Origin: SAR202 cluster bacterium
Lineage (GTDB): Bacteria > Chloroflexota > Dehalococcoidia > UBA6926 > VFHL01
DNA: 64,000 bases
Assembly (NCBI GenBank): GCA_009392005.1
Contig: VFHL01000006.1
Span: 10,671-74,670 of the forward strand
Direction: 5' to 3'
Notes under the pieces: generated by a model
What the model saw: only the letters and a program-made list of their open reading frames with translations
Database searches by the model: none
What the model was told of the DNA's origin: nothing
Shown: one piece after another, positions 1 to 10,600 of the stretch
Position numbering within the stretch: the first letter of the stretch is position 1
Layout of the letters: every line of letters begins with the position of its first letter
Program-made: the position numbers and the translations under genes

Positions 1-428
1 GTGGGTGGGCGTGATCCCCACATTTGTTTTGATTCCTCACTAGCTTCAGGCGCAATATCCACAATCACCGCTTTCTCGACTATAGTTGGGTGCAAGGGAG
101 TATATAGAAGAGTATTCCATCCTCCCATTGACAAGCCAACGAGTGTAACTCGAGATAGGCCCAATGTATCAATAAAGACCGCTAGATCATCGACAAAGCG
201 ATCTCGACTATACCCATCTTCGGCCCAACCGCTTCCTCCATGGCCCCTTTGATCGACAGTCAATACTCGATAGTGGGGTGACATAGCTTCAGCAAATTCA
301 ATCCAAATACTCGAATCACCCGTATGACCGTGCAAGCAGACCATCACAGGTTTTGTTTCATTTCCCCAATCAAAATATCGCAAGCGAACACCGTTCACCA
401 CAAGATATTTTTCTATGTTTTCTGTCAT
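1..428 (-). CDS. Alpha/beta-fold hydrolase (partial, runs off the window start)
   Basis: Manual translation from ATG 428: MTENIEKYLVVNGVRLRYFDWG..CLHGHTG..DQRGHGGS..LVGLSMGG (oxyanion HG motif and GxSxG nucleophile elbow). Not in the ORF track because no stop lies inside the window. Confidence 0.9.
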   Translation of the reverse strand, partial: MTENIEKYLVVNGVRLRYFDWGNETKPVMVCLHGHTGDSSIWIEFAEAMSPHYRVLTVDQRGHGGSGWAEDGYSRDRFVDDLAVFIDTLGLSRVTLVGLSMGGWNTLLYTPLHPTIVEKAVIVDIAPEASEESKQMWGSRPP

Positions 429-598
429 AATTACCACAACTTTCTTCTAAATCCCTGTAGACTCATGCGCTTAATTCGGTTGATTCCAAAAGCGGACGTA
501 TTGTAGCACTATTCTACATCTACAAATGAGAAGAGTTAACGTGATACGATTGATTCAACAAACAAATTCATACAAAGAGGTCATAGAGGTTTAATTCA

Positions 599-1645
599 GT
601 GTCCACAATGAAAGCATGTGTCTACAAGAATGCTGGAGTGTTATCAATTGGTGATGTTCCTATTCCAACGCCTGGTCCCGGTGATGTCCTTGTAAAAACG
701 GGAGCCGCATCTTTGTGTTTTTCTGATATCCGTGTCTACAAAGGAGAAAAAAGCGCTACACCAAATGTCACCTTGGGACATGAAGTTGCAGGAACTATTG
801 TAGAAATCGGTTCAGATGTAAGCGGACTATCCATCGGTGATCGCGTAACCGCATGCCCAATAGTATCGTGCGGGGCATGTGAATACTGCCAAATGGGAAA
901 ACAGAACCGCTGTCAGAACCGGACAACATTAGGATATGATCATGATGGCGGAATCGCTGAGTATGTTTTATTACCAAAACAGCTTGTCGATATCGGCCAC
1001 CTCTTGAAGATTCCAAAAGATGTCCCATTCGACATTGCTTGCCAAAACGAACCATTCGCCTGTGCACTGTATTCTTTAGAAACCTGCAAGGTTAAAGCTG
1101 GGACGAATATAGCGATTATTGGAGCTGGGCCAATGGGGTTGACGCATTTGATCTTAGCAAAGCACCTGGGTGCAACAAATATTTTAGTAATTGATCAAAT
1201 CGATGAAAGACTAACTGCTGCTAAAAATTTGGGAGCAACCCAAACGCTTAATCATCTTGATGAAGAAACAGCAGCGAATGTTCTAAAAAAGGCCAATGGA
1301 GTTGGGTTCGATGCAGTAATTGTAACCGTCGGTAATGCGGAAGTCATTGAGGCTAGCGTTCATTTGGCCCGAAAACAAGGTTGGATAAATATTTTTGGTG
1401 GTTCACCACCTAGTTCTAAAGTATCACTCGATCCAAATTTGATTCATTACAATGAACTGTTTGTCACTGGCACACAAAATGCCCCTGTAGATCATTACAA
1501 GCGATCTTTAAGACTCCTCACTGAAATACAAGATGAAATTCATGCGATGGTAACGCACGAATTTCATATTGAAAATGCGATTGATGCATTTACAGCGCGT
1601 ACAAAGATGGATGGCCTAAAGGCCGTGATTAAGTTTGACAAATAA
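599..1645 (+). CDS. Zn-dependent medium-chain dehydrogenase (sorbitol/iditol dehydrogenase-like)
   Basis: Catalytic Zn ligands LCFSD/GHE, structural Zn CGACEYC-x7-C, Rossmann GAGPMG. Confidence 0.9.
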   Translation: MSTMKACVYKNAGVLSIGDVPIPTPGPGDVLVKTGAASLCFSDIRVYKGEKSATPNVTLGHEVAGTIVEIGSDVSGLSIGDRVTACPIVSCGACEYCQMGKQNRCQNRTTLGYDHDGGIAEYVLLPKQLVDIGHLLKIPKDVPFDIACQNEPFACALYSLETCKVKAGTNIAIIGAGPMGLTHLILAKHLGATNILVIDQIDERLTAAKNLGATQTLNHLDEETAANVLKKANGVGFDAVIVTVGNAEVIEASVHLARKQGWINIFGGSPPSSKVSLDPNLIHYNELFVTGTQNAPVDHYKRSLRLLTEIQDEIHAMVTHEFHIENAIDAFTARTKMDGLKAVIKFDK

Positions 1646-1684
1646 GCGCGTATTAGCAATGCAGACCGTTTTCGGCAGAGAAGC

Positions 1685-1738
1685 GGGGGGGGGGCGGGGG
1701 CGAAGTTTGCTCGGCTCCCCTTTAACCATGGGGGGGGG
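1685..1738. repeat. Homopolymeric G tracts (G10, G5, G9)
   Basis: Read directly: G10 at 1685-1694, G5 at 1696-1700, G9 at 1730-1738. Confidence 0.9.
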
Positions 1739-1819
1739 CTTGTCAAAGATACTTTGCTGAATTCTCAGTTCGATAACTTGACAAATGTACTGAACAAATA
1801 AATTTGGTACACTGTCGCA

Positions 1820-3043
1820 ATGAAATATTTCTTGCCATTATTTCTCTTATTGATTCAGCTCTTATTAGCCGTTGGTTGCTCTGACAGCTCAGAGCTTGAA
1901 GCGCGACTTGAAGCTGAAAATGCTTCTCTGAAAGAAGTTACGCAAACAAGTACTCCCGCTACAACGAGCAGCACACCAGTCGCAGTCACCCAGACCAGCA
2001 CGCCCACAGCTAGACCAACCACAACTTCGACCCCTGCTCGCGAAGGCGAAGCGCGCATAGTAGCCTTTTCTGAATGCGATATGAGTCCTCTGAAAATCAA
2101 ACTCTTTGTATCGAAGTTAATCCCTAACAATGAATTGAAGATCGTCGAAGAACAGGTCTGTTTATCAAAGGAGCTTTACTTTGATCGGCCTGAAACTAAC
2201 TGGGAGATGATTAGCCCCCTCTACATCGCTTTGCTTAATAGGGATGATTCAGAAAGTGCAGTTGAACTCGAAAAACTTTACTGCAACTACATATTGGAGC
2301 ACCATCCAATTGGTTGGCGTGATGGCCCATGTGGCCCATATGGAGGCAAAGACTGTGAAACAACTGGGAAATGTCTGTTCACCGAAAAAGACGGTAAAGT
2401 TGCCGGTTCTTGTATCTGCAGTGACTTCAGAGCTAGAGGCTATTACCTAATGAGACTCAAAAGTCATAAAATGCCACAGCATGAAAAAGGGTACAGAACT
2501 GTACCTCTGCACGAGCTCTTCCACATTTATCAACTATCTAGCATCGCTGACCCTGCAGTCTCGAGGGATGACTTATACAAGTTTATGGGCAAACGAATGG
2601 GCAACAACACAGTAGACGTTGCATGGTGGATGGAAGGCACTGCAACCTATCTGCAGCATTATTTCTACGCTCAGCAACCTGGTGCCGCTCCCAACTCTCT
2701 CCACAACGAAATGCGTCGATATCTGACTACCGATTACAACAGGAGCGGTTTGGGACCACTACCTGAGCAATACAAGAATGCTGGTAAGCCGCTAACGGAG
2801 TTTACGTTCCAAGAACCGGATAAGACTATTGCATATCGCATCGGCGCATGGTTTGTCGCCTTCTTAGTAGACGAAGTAGGTGTCGATAAGATCTTCGAAT
2901 TCTACCAAGGCCTTGAAGAGGCAGGTAGTTTCGAAACACAATTCGTAACGACGTTTGGGAAATCGCATACAGACTGGCTCAAGGATTTTGATATTTTTTT
3001 AGAAAAACCTTATGAGGAAAAGATGGCGATTATTCCGAATTGA
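1820..3043 (+). CDS. Lipoprotein with Thr/Ser/Pro-rich linker and gluzincin-type Zn-metallopeptidase domain
   Basis: Signal peptide with lipobox LAVGC; repeated VTQTSTP linker; HELFH (HExxH) followed by WWMEGTATY (third-ligand Glu). Confidence 0.75.
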   Translation: MKYFLPLFLLLIQLLLAVGCSDSSELEARLEAENASLKEVTQTSTPATTSSTPVAVTQTSTPTARPTTTSTPAREGEARIVAFSECDMSPLKIKLFVSKLIPNNELKIVEEQVCLSKELYFDRPETNWEMISPLYIALLNRDDSESAVELEKLYCNYILEHHPIGWRDGPCGPYGGKDCETTGKCLFTEKDGKVAGSCICSDFRARGYYLMRLKSHKMPQHEKGYRTVPLHELFHIYQLSSIADPAVSRDDLYKFMGKRMGNNTVDVAWWMEGTATYLQHYFYAQQPGAAPNSLHNEMRRYLTTDYNRSGLGPLPEQYKNAGKPLTEFTFQEPDKTIAYRIGAWFVAFLVDEVGVDKIFEFYQGLEEAGSFETQFVTTFGKSHTDWLKDFDIFLEKPYEEKMAIIPN

Positions 3044-3220
3044 TCAGGAATTGGATTGTCAGATTTCACTCTGTGCTTGAAACGATGGATTAGAGTGATA
3101 ATCCGGACGTTTGAAGTATCGAAATACGTTAGAAAATAGGGACTTTTGCGGCAGAGCGTGACGCTCAAAGCTCCGGTCTCTTAATAAAAATGCGGAAACC
3201 CTTGTTATATAGGGTTTAGA

Positions 3221-3296
3221 TGGTGGAGCTGAGGGGAATCGAACCCCTGACCTCCTCAATGCCATTGAGGCGCTCTCCCAACTGAGCTACAGCCCC
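3221..3296 (-). tRNA. tRNA-Ala (GGC)
   Basis: GGGGCTGTAGCTCAGTTGGGAGAGCGCCTCAATGGCATTGAGGAGGTCAGGGGTTCGATTCCCCTCAGCTCCACCA: cloverleaf, G3:U70 pair, encoded CCA. Confidence 0.98.
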
Positions 3297-3366
3297 CTAA
3301 ACATTTTAAACGCGCTGTATTGAGATGATCGGCGAATGTATTTCCAGCCTTGATCTTACAGTCTAC

Positions 3367-3726
3367 TTACGCAGCTTGATGTGCTTTTGCAACTTCAGCA
3401 ATCTGTGCGAACGCGTCGGGCTCTTTCACAGCAATATCTGCGAGCATCTTACGATCAACCCTAACATTTGCTTTTTGCAGACCATAGATAAACTTAGAGT
3501 ATGTTATGCCATTCAGTCGGGCGGCTGCATTAATCCGCTGGATCCAAAGTCGTCGCATATCGCCTTTGCGTTCTCGTCTGTGGGCGTAAGCATAGCTCAA
3601 CGACTTTAGCATCGCTTCATGTGCCCGACGGAACAATCGATGTCGAGTGCCCCACTGGCCTTTGGTTATTTTCAAAACTTTTTTGTGGCGACGCCTAGTC
3701 TTAGGACCACCTCTTACACGTGGCAT
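3367..3726 (-). CDS. rplT: 50S ribosomal protein L20
   Basis: MPRVRGG..RRERKGDMRRLWIQRINAA..DRKMLADIAV; infC-rpmI-rplT synteny. Confidence 0.98.
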   Translation of the reverse strand: MPRVRGGPKTRRRHKKVLKITKGQWGTRHRLFRRAHEAMLKSLSYAYAHRRERKGDMRRLWIQRINAAARLNGITYSKFIYGLQKANVRVDRKMLADIAVKEPDAFAQIAEVAKAHQAA

Positions 3727-3738
3727 TCTCTATCCTTC

Positions 3739-3948
3739 TTATCTTTTACCCGTACCATACGGTAATACGCGTTTGATACGTTTGTCGTCTGATGGATTCA
3801 TTGCGAACATCTCAGAGAACTTACGCCTAACCCGCTTCGGTTTTTTTAGCCTTAAGTGACTAGACATTTGTTTCCTGCGCATTAGCTTTCCCGAACCGGA
3901 GATCTTGAATCGCTTTTGAGCACCCTTATGTGTTTTAATTTTTGGCAT
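3739..3948 (-). CDS. rpmI: 50S ribosomal protein L35
   Basis: MPKIKTHKGAQKRFKISGSGK; synteny. Confidence 0.98.
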   Translation of the reverse strand: MPKIKTHKGAQKRFKISGSGKLMRRKQMSSHLRLKKPKRVRRKFSEMFAMNPSDDKRIKRVLPYGTGKR

Positions 3949-3949
3949 T

Positions 3950-4507
3950 TTATGCTTTATCTTTCTTTTCAGATTCGCCTTTGGTCGACACGGGTTTGGT
4001 TTTTCCCGGCGCCAGAACCATGCTCATGGTCCTACCTTCCATACGCGGTGCGGCATCTACAATAGCGATGTCCCCTACAGATTCCGCAACCTTCGCTAAA
4101 AGCACTGCTCCTTGCTCTGGATGCATAATCTCCCGTCCCCTAAACAAAACGAAGACACGAACCTTATCTCCACCATCAAGGAATTGACGTATCTTTCGCG
4201 TCTTAAAATCTATATCATGTGCGCCAATCTTCGGCCTTAAGCGCACCTCACTAACCGTATTACTCTTTTGAGCTTTCTTTGCTTCTCGCTCTTTTTTCGA
4301 TTGGTCATAACGGAATTTGTCATAGTCAAGCATCCGACATACAGGTGGTTGGACATTGCTCGCTACTTCCACTAAGTCAAGATCTCGACCACGAGCCAAG
4401 TCAACAGCCTCACGAAGCTCCATTACGCCCAGCTTTTCGCCATCATCAGCGATCACCATTACTTCGCGCGCTCTAATCTTTTCGTTGATAAAGTACTCTT
4501 TAGCTAT
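3950..4507 (-). CDS. infC: Translation initiation factor IF-3 (probable non-canonical ATA start)
   Basis: LDLVEV..PPVCRMLDY..FRGRE motifs. The frame extends upstream as ATA-AKEYFINEKIRAREV to 4507, with SD-like AGGTG upstream and an in-frame TAG at 4513-4511. Confidence 0.95.
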   Translation of the reverse strand: MAKEYFINEKIRAREVMVIADDGEKLGVMELREAVDLARGRDLDLVEVASNVQPPVCRMLDYDKFRYDQSKKEREAKKAQKSNTVSEVRLRPKIGAHDIDFKTRKIRQFLDGGDKVRVFVLFRGREIMHPEQGAVLLAKVAESVGDIAIVDAAPRMEGRTMSMVLAPGKTKPVSTKGESEKKDKA

Positions 4508-4611
4508 ATTCTACACCTGCATTCCGTTAGTTTCCGAACTGCGCCGAATATAGCATCGGATTCGTTATCAAGTCAAGATTCTCATCGTCAACGGCAACTA
4601 ATTTCCTAATC

Positions 4612-5889
4612 CTATGAACTTGTAGGTGGTTTGGGTTGGGATGCAACCAACATAATAATGCCCGCTAACACCCACGAAATCGCGAAAACTGTGAACGCCA
4701 AATCGTAGCTGCCAAGCCTATCCCACATTAAGCCCGCAAAAACTGGGGTTACAGTACCAACGATTGTACTTACCGGAGTAACAAATCCGCGAATAGTTCC
4801 AGCATTCTGCCTACCAAAATAGGTTGGCCATACTACATTCATAATCGTAGGATATCCACCCATCATCAGACCATAAAGCACAGCATATACGTAAAACATC
4901 GCAAGATCTTGGGAAACGACAACGATCATCAACGAGAGACCCGCAGTGATCGTACATAAGGAGAGTACCCACCGAACTTGAATTCGTTCAGTTAATAATC
5001 CCCATGGCAATTTACTGATCACTGCACATAATGCGACTAAAGTTGCAATTGATGCAGCCGCACCAAGACCAAGTCCTTTGTCCTGCATGTAAGCAACTTG
5101 GTGAAATAACGTTGGTGACAAGGCAGCAAATCCAAGAGTTTGCGAACCCAAAATGAGCCAAAAAGCCGACGTCTTTGATGCTTGCCGAACAGTCCAGGGA
5201 AATTCGGAGTTGGCACCCATATTGCCAGCAGATTCTACATTAGAAGACTCGCCATCAGGGTACATATCCATATCTTCAGGACTACGCCGCATGAAGAGCC
5301 CCGAAATTGGTGTGATCGCGAAAATGACGACAATCCCAAGGATCACCCACGCAGTTCTCCAGCCATATTCGCTAATGGCCCATCCCGCTAATGGTGCAAT
5401 TACAACGCCACCAGTTGAAATACCCATCGTACCTATAGCCATCGCTCGACCGCGGCGCTGGATAAACCATTTTGAAATAATCGCAGGACCAACCAGCATG
5501 CCCCCCATCGCAAGCATTGCCAAGCCAAAAACTATGCCGTAGATCACATAGAATTGCCACAGGGTTTGCACAGTCGCGGTTGCAATCAAAGTAACCCCAG
5601 CTATAACTCCACCTACAGAAAGTAATATTCTGGGCCCATGTTTCTTATCGACTAAAATTCCCAACAAAGGAACAACGGGCATCAGAACCAATCGAAACAG
5701 TGAAACACTGGAAAATTCTGTCCGGGTGATGCCGAGATCAGTACTCATTGGCAAAACAAAGAATGACAATCCGTATCCCGTGATCCCTGCTGTGATCATA
5801 CTCGTCATAAACGTTATGAGCACGATAATCCATCCATAAAAGAAGCGCCCACCCGTTAAACTTCGAGCTGTTTTATCAGCAAAAGCCAT
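4612..5889 (-). CDS. MFS transporter (OFA/monocarboxylate-like)
   Basis: About 12 hydrophobic segments; FFYGW N-terminus, motif A-like LVDKKHGPR, KWFIQRRGRAMAI. Confidence 0.88.
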   Translation of the reverse strand: MAFADKTARSLTGGRFFYGWIIVLITFMTSMITAGITGYGLSFFVLPMSTDLGITRTEFSSVSLFRLVLMPVVPLLGILVDKKHGPRILLSVGGVIAGVTLIATATVQTLWQFYVIYGIVFGLAMLAMGGMLVGPAIISKWFIQRRGRAMAIGTMGISTGGVVIAPLAGWAISEYGWRTAWVILGIVVIFAITPISGLFMRRSPEDMDMYPDGESSNVESAGNMGANSEFPWTVRQASKTSAFWLILGSQTLGFAALSPTLFHQVAYMQDKGLGLGAAASIATLVALCAVISKLPWGLLTERIQVRWVLSLCTITAGLSLMIVVVSQDLAMFYVYAVLYGLMMGGYPTIMNVVWPTYFGRQNAGTIRGFVTPVSTIVGTVTPVFAGLMWDRLGSYDLAFTVFAISWVLAGIIMLVASQPKPPTSS

Positions 5890-6220
5890 ATGTTATTAAC
5901 TCCATGATATTTTTCTAGGCGGGAGCAATTCTGCCGCACGACCTAATCAAAAACTGAAAGAGATGAATGCGATAGACCCTAATAAAAATTAGGTGAAGTC
6001 ATGCCGGTCACAGTAAACAAACCATAACGCACTCATGGCACCTCAGGACAGTCGCCAAATTATACAAGATTTCATTGTTCGGCATACCTTTATACCAACT
6101 CTTGGTAAATTTCAAGACGTTTAGTACTTCGACACTCATTAATTACAAAACCATTGAAAATGTGAAAAACAAAACACGTGGTACAATCAAATCAGACGTT
6201 TAATTAAACACATTCACGGG

Positions 6221-6817
6221 GTGATTCAAATGGAATACTGTCCGAAGTGCGGGAGTGAACTCGAGTCTAAACTAGAGGGTGGACGGGATCGACCAGCCTG
6301 CCCTGCTGAAGGATGTGGATTCATACACTTCGGGAATTTCTCCATTGGCGCAGGAGCCGTTGTGATACGAGACGGTAAAGCACTCTTGATCCAACGCGGA
6401 ATTGAGCCCAATCGTGGCGCATGGCAGTTACCCGGAGGATACATTGAATCTGATGAGGAAATCATCGCCGGAGTAGAACGTGAAGTCCTTGAAGAAGCCG
6501 GTATTAAGGCGCGTGTCTCAGACGTCGTAGGTTTTCGCCACGCACCTGGCCGTGGCGACGGACAAGCTAACATATATGTCGTTTTTCGACTTGATCATAT
6601 TGAGGGAGAGCCACAACACGACGGCGTTGAAACTCTAGGTGCAGGATTTTTCAGCCTCGATGAGATGGAAGAAATGGATAAAGTTCAAACTTTGTCTACC
6701 TGGTCAATTCAACGTGCCCTGATATCAATTCGCGAGTCAGGACTACGACCTGACCTCAACCGTGAAGGCGTCAACATGCCAGGTAGGGGATGGTCACTTT
6801 TTGGGTTAAATATATAA
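6221..6817 (+). CDS. Nudix hydrolase with N-terminal zinc ribbon
   Basis: CPKCG..CPAEGCG; Nudix box GGYIESDEEIIAGVEREVLEEAGI. Confidence 0.9.
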   Translation: MIQMEYCPKCGSELESKLEGGRDRPACPAEGCGFIHFGNFSIGAGAVVIRDGKALLIQRGIEPNRGAWQLPGGYIESDEEIIAGVEREVLEEAGIKARVSDVVGFRHAPGRGDGQANIYVVFRLDHIEGEPQHDGVETLGAGFFSLDEMEEMDKVQTLSTWSIQRALISIRESGLRPDLNREGVNMPGRGWSLFGLNI

Positions 6818-6897
6818 ATTGACCTAAACACGACGGTTTCAGCCAATTAAAGGATCGCTCAGTTCTATTTTCGGATTTGTATGGACCAAAATATTAT

Positions 6898-7695
6898 CTA
6901 TAAGTGAATTCTTGGAGCGCTCTCTTCTGACCAATCAATAGTCTCCAATTGCATAGCAGGTCCGTCTTTGCACACCAATTTGAGACCATCATCAGTCATT
7001 ACTGTACAACCATAACAGAAGCCAAAACCACATCCCATCCGCAATTCCATTAGTGCTGTGATCGGTTTACGCAAGCTGCCATCTTTTTGCATCCGCGCGA
7101 GACTCTCCAACATTGGGGTCGGACCGCACGCAACAATCCAATCAGCGGTCTCCTCTTCATGTAGTAGCAAATGGGTCACGAAACCTCTATGCCCCGCTGA
7201 GCCATCTTCTGTCGCGGTTAATTCTCGAACACCATTTGGTAAAAGAGAGCCCGGGTACATAACATAATTTGATTGAGCTCCATATAGCAACGTCACTGTA
7301 CACCCCAAATTAACTGTCTCCTCCGCCAAAGCGGTTAAAGATGCAATCCCGATCCCTCCAGCAACCAAAACAACATTTTTTGCGCTCTCCGGGATCTCAA
7401 TTGGAGACCCGAGCGGCCCCAAGACATCCACGTAATCTCCTGGCGTTCGCTTTGCCAATTCTCCTGTCCCAATTCCTGCCTTGCTATAAACAAGAACCAC
7501 CTGATTTGATTCCGCGTTTATCGAACTCAAGGCAAACGGGCGACGCAAGAAAGTATCACCGTCACCAACCGCTAGCATCACAAATTGCCCTGGTTTCCCA
7601 TTAGATGCAACATCTGCTGCCTCGATCCGCAATTGAAAGACATCCCTAGCTATCTCATTTTGCTCAATTATAAGAGCTTCACTTTTGTAAACCAT
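6898..7695 (-). CDS. pyrK: Dihydroorotate dehydrogenase B electron transfer subunit
   Basis: PGQFVML, RRPF, GGIGIA, CGPTPML, 2Fe-2S motif MGCGFGFCYGC..VCKDGP; last gene of the pyr operon. Confidence 0.93.
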   Translation of the reverse strand: MVYKSEALIIEQNEIARDVFQLRIEAADVASNGKPGQFVMLAVGDGDTFLRRPFALSSINAESNQVVLVYSKAGIGTGELAKRTPGDYVDVLGPLGSPIEIPESAKNVVLVAGGIGIASLTALAEETVNLGCTVTLLYGAQSNYVMYPGSLLPNGVRELTATEDGSAGHRGFVTHLLLHEEETADWIVACGPTPMLESLARMQKDGSLRKPITALMELRMGCGFGFCYGCTVMTDDGLKLVCKDGPAMQLETIDWSEESAPRIHL

Positions 7696-10600
7696 TTGTT
7701 CCCTCGTCTTTAAAATATTGGTTTAACGGTTTAATGCTGTAACTATGTTCCTTGTCTACCCCTGAAATCACTGCTACTCTTGCCGTATCTAATGAAGTAA
7801 AACACGGAACGCCCATTTCTGCAGCGGCACGACGTATGTCAAAACCATCGCGCAACACCACGCGACCCCCGGTGAGAGTATTGATCACTGCCGACACCGT
7901 GCCATCTCGAATCACCTCTTCGACATTCGGAGAACCCGTCCCCAATTTAGCAACGGTGGTGACAGGCATATCCAAATTTGCAATCATAGCTGCCGTCCCA
8001 CCCGTCGCGAATAATTTGTGGCCCTGATGAACAAGTTGCCGTACCAACGGTATAGCATCTTCTTTATCTCGATCTGCAATACTAAGCAGAACACTTGAAT
8101 CAGGTCGCAGACCAAGATTTGCTGCAATCAGTGCCTTCGCCATTGCTCCATCAAAAGTGTTATCAACACCCATGACTTCACCCGTTGATTTCATTTCAGG
8201 TCCTAAATAGGTATCAACCCCCACTAATTTGGCCATTGATGAAACAGGTGCCTTGATCGCCCATAATCCTTGATCTGGCCAAAGACCACTATAATATCCT
8301 AATGATTTCAAGCTTTGACCAAGCATAACTTTAGTAGCCAATTTGACCATCGGAATTTTCGTAACTTTAGAGATGAAAGGGATCGTCCGGCTCGATCTTG
8401 GGTTTACTTCTATTACATAGAGCGGTTCATTCTCATCATCACCAGAACCATGATCGATCGGCAATACAAATTGAATATTCATCAATCCGATAATTCCGAG
8501 ACCACGGCCAAGTCTAACTGTATAATCCACTACTGCCTTAATCTCATCCTCAGTTAGTGTTACTCCGGGATACACAGCCATAGAATCCCCACTGTGAACA
8601 CCAGCTCGTTCGATATGCTCCATGATGCCCGGGATGAAAACATCCTCTCCGTCACACACCGCATCAACTTCAATCTCGCGACCTTCAATGTACTTATCAA
8701 CCAAAATTGGTTTGCCTTGACCAATCTCAGCCGCAATACCAACATACGCGGCTAGCTCATCATCATTGTGAACCACTTCCATCGCACGCCCACCAAGAAC
8801 AAAACTAGGTCGTACGACGACTGGATATCCAAGATATTGTGTGACCTCAATAGCCTCTTCAATGGTTAGCACAGCCGCGCCAGGTGGTTGGGGAATCCCT
8901 TCATGCTCAAGGAAATTCTCGAATCGCTCTCGATTCTCAGCCCGTTCAATCGTTTCCAAACTAGAACCCAGAATCGGCATCCCAAAATGATCTAATTTCT
9001 CTGCCAGATTAATAGCGGTTTGTCCTCCAAACTGAACAACACTTTGGGGTGGCTCAGGGCCGTCTGAGAGCATGCTGACTTCATTGTCTAATACGTTCAT
9101 CACACTTTCCGAATCCAACGGCTCAAAATACAGTCGGTCACTCGTATCAAAATCAGTTGAAACTGTTTCTGGATTAGAATTGATCATAATGCTGCGGACA
9201 CCCTCTTCTTGCAAGGCCCAAGCTGCATGGACCGAGCAGTAATCAAATTCGATCCCCTGTCCAATACGTATAGGGCCTGAGCCAAGAATTACTGCAGTGG
9301 CTGAATTTGTTGGTAATGCTTCATTCTCTTGCTCATAAGTGCTGTAGAAATACGGTGTCACAGCATCAAATTCGGCAGCGCAAGTATCGACCAACTTAAA
9401 AACAGGCAAAATATTCCACTGTTTACGAAGCGCAATGACTTGATCCTCTAAACGATCAGCCAAAGTGGCAATCTGAACATCTGAAAAACCAAGACGCTTA
9501 CTTTGTAACAAAAGATCTTGATTCAACTCCTCACCAAGCAGGCGTCTCTCCATCATAACAATGCGGTTCAATTTATCGAGAAACCAAGGATCTATGCCAG
9601 TATGCTGGGCTATTTCTACAGGTGTCGCATTGCGACGTAAAGCTGCCATTAGCGCCCAAAGCCTCTGGTCATGTGGAGGAAACAGCAATTCGTTCTCGGA
9701 ACCCAAATGTGAAGATCCCAGGAATTCATCCCATTCTGGATCCTCCCATAATAGTGAACGGCCACCGATTTCCAATGCCCGAACAGCTTTCTGCAAAGCA
9801 ACTTCAAATGACCGATCAATCGTCATAACCTCACCGGTCGCCTTCATTTGAGTCCCCATCACTCGATCTCCACCAGGGAATTTATCGAAAGGCCAGCGAG
9901 GAATCTTTACCACACAATAATCAAGCGTTGGTTCAAATGCTGCTGTTGTAGAATCAGTTACTGCATTCGTGATCTCGTCCAAATTCTTGCCGACCGCAAT
10001 CTTGGCAGCGACTCGGGCAATGGGATAGCCAGTTGCCTTACTTGCAAGAGCAGAACTCCGTGAGACACGTGGGTTTACTTCTATAACGTAGTAAGGGTCC
10101 GCGTCGTCAACATTTAAATCCATCCCCTCGGCAACGATTGGGTGGGGGCGTAAAGCAAACTGTACATTGCACCCACCCTCGATCCCGAGTGCTCGAATAA
10201 TCCTTAAACTTGCTGACCTAAGCATTTGATGGTCTTTGTCGGTCAGGGTTTGACTCGGAGCAACAACGATACTATCGCCAGTATGGACACCCATCGGGTC
10301 CAAGTTTTCCATATTACAAATAGTGATGCATGTATCAGAAGCGTCGCGCATCACCTCATATTCCAACTCTTTCCAACCGACCAAACTACGTTCCAATAGT
10401 ACTTGATTTACGGGACTGCTCCGCAATCCCATTGAAACTATAGTCTCCATTTCTTCCCATGTATCAGCCACGCCGCCACCAGTACCACCTAAGGTATATG
10501 CTGGGCGTACTATCAACGGCAGACCGATCGTTTCCGCAGCAGCGCGCGCCTCATCAAGACTCGTAACTGTTTTGCTTTCAGGTACAGGCTCACCAAGAGA

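Noticed and set aside
1..506. Plus-strand ORFs 1..252 and 324..506
   Set aside because: Shadows of the minus-strand alpha/beta hydrolase (428 to <1), which carries clear family motifs.
1668..3160. Short match tttt(g)cggcagag on both sides of the lipoprotein gene as att or target-site repeats
   Set aside because: Only about 8 identical bases, not a tRNA-end duplication, and no integrase nearby.
3059..3265. 68-aa minus-strand ORF (MALRRSGVRFPSAPP..)
   Set aside because: Its start is a translation of the tRNA-Ala sequence; spurious.
4510..4610. L20 leader RNA upstream of infC
   Set aside because: A TTGACT-N18-TATATT promoter leaves only about 35 nt of leader, with no terminator or recognisable L20-binding fold.
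5989..6036. 15-codon ORF MSALWFVYCDRHDFT in the MFS 5' region as a leader peptide
   Set aside because: The SD is too close to the ATG, there is no regulatory codon run and no attenuator hairpin; cannot be supported.
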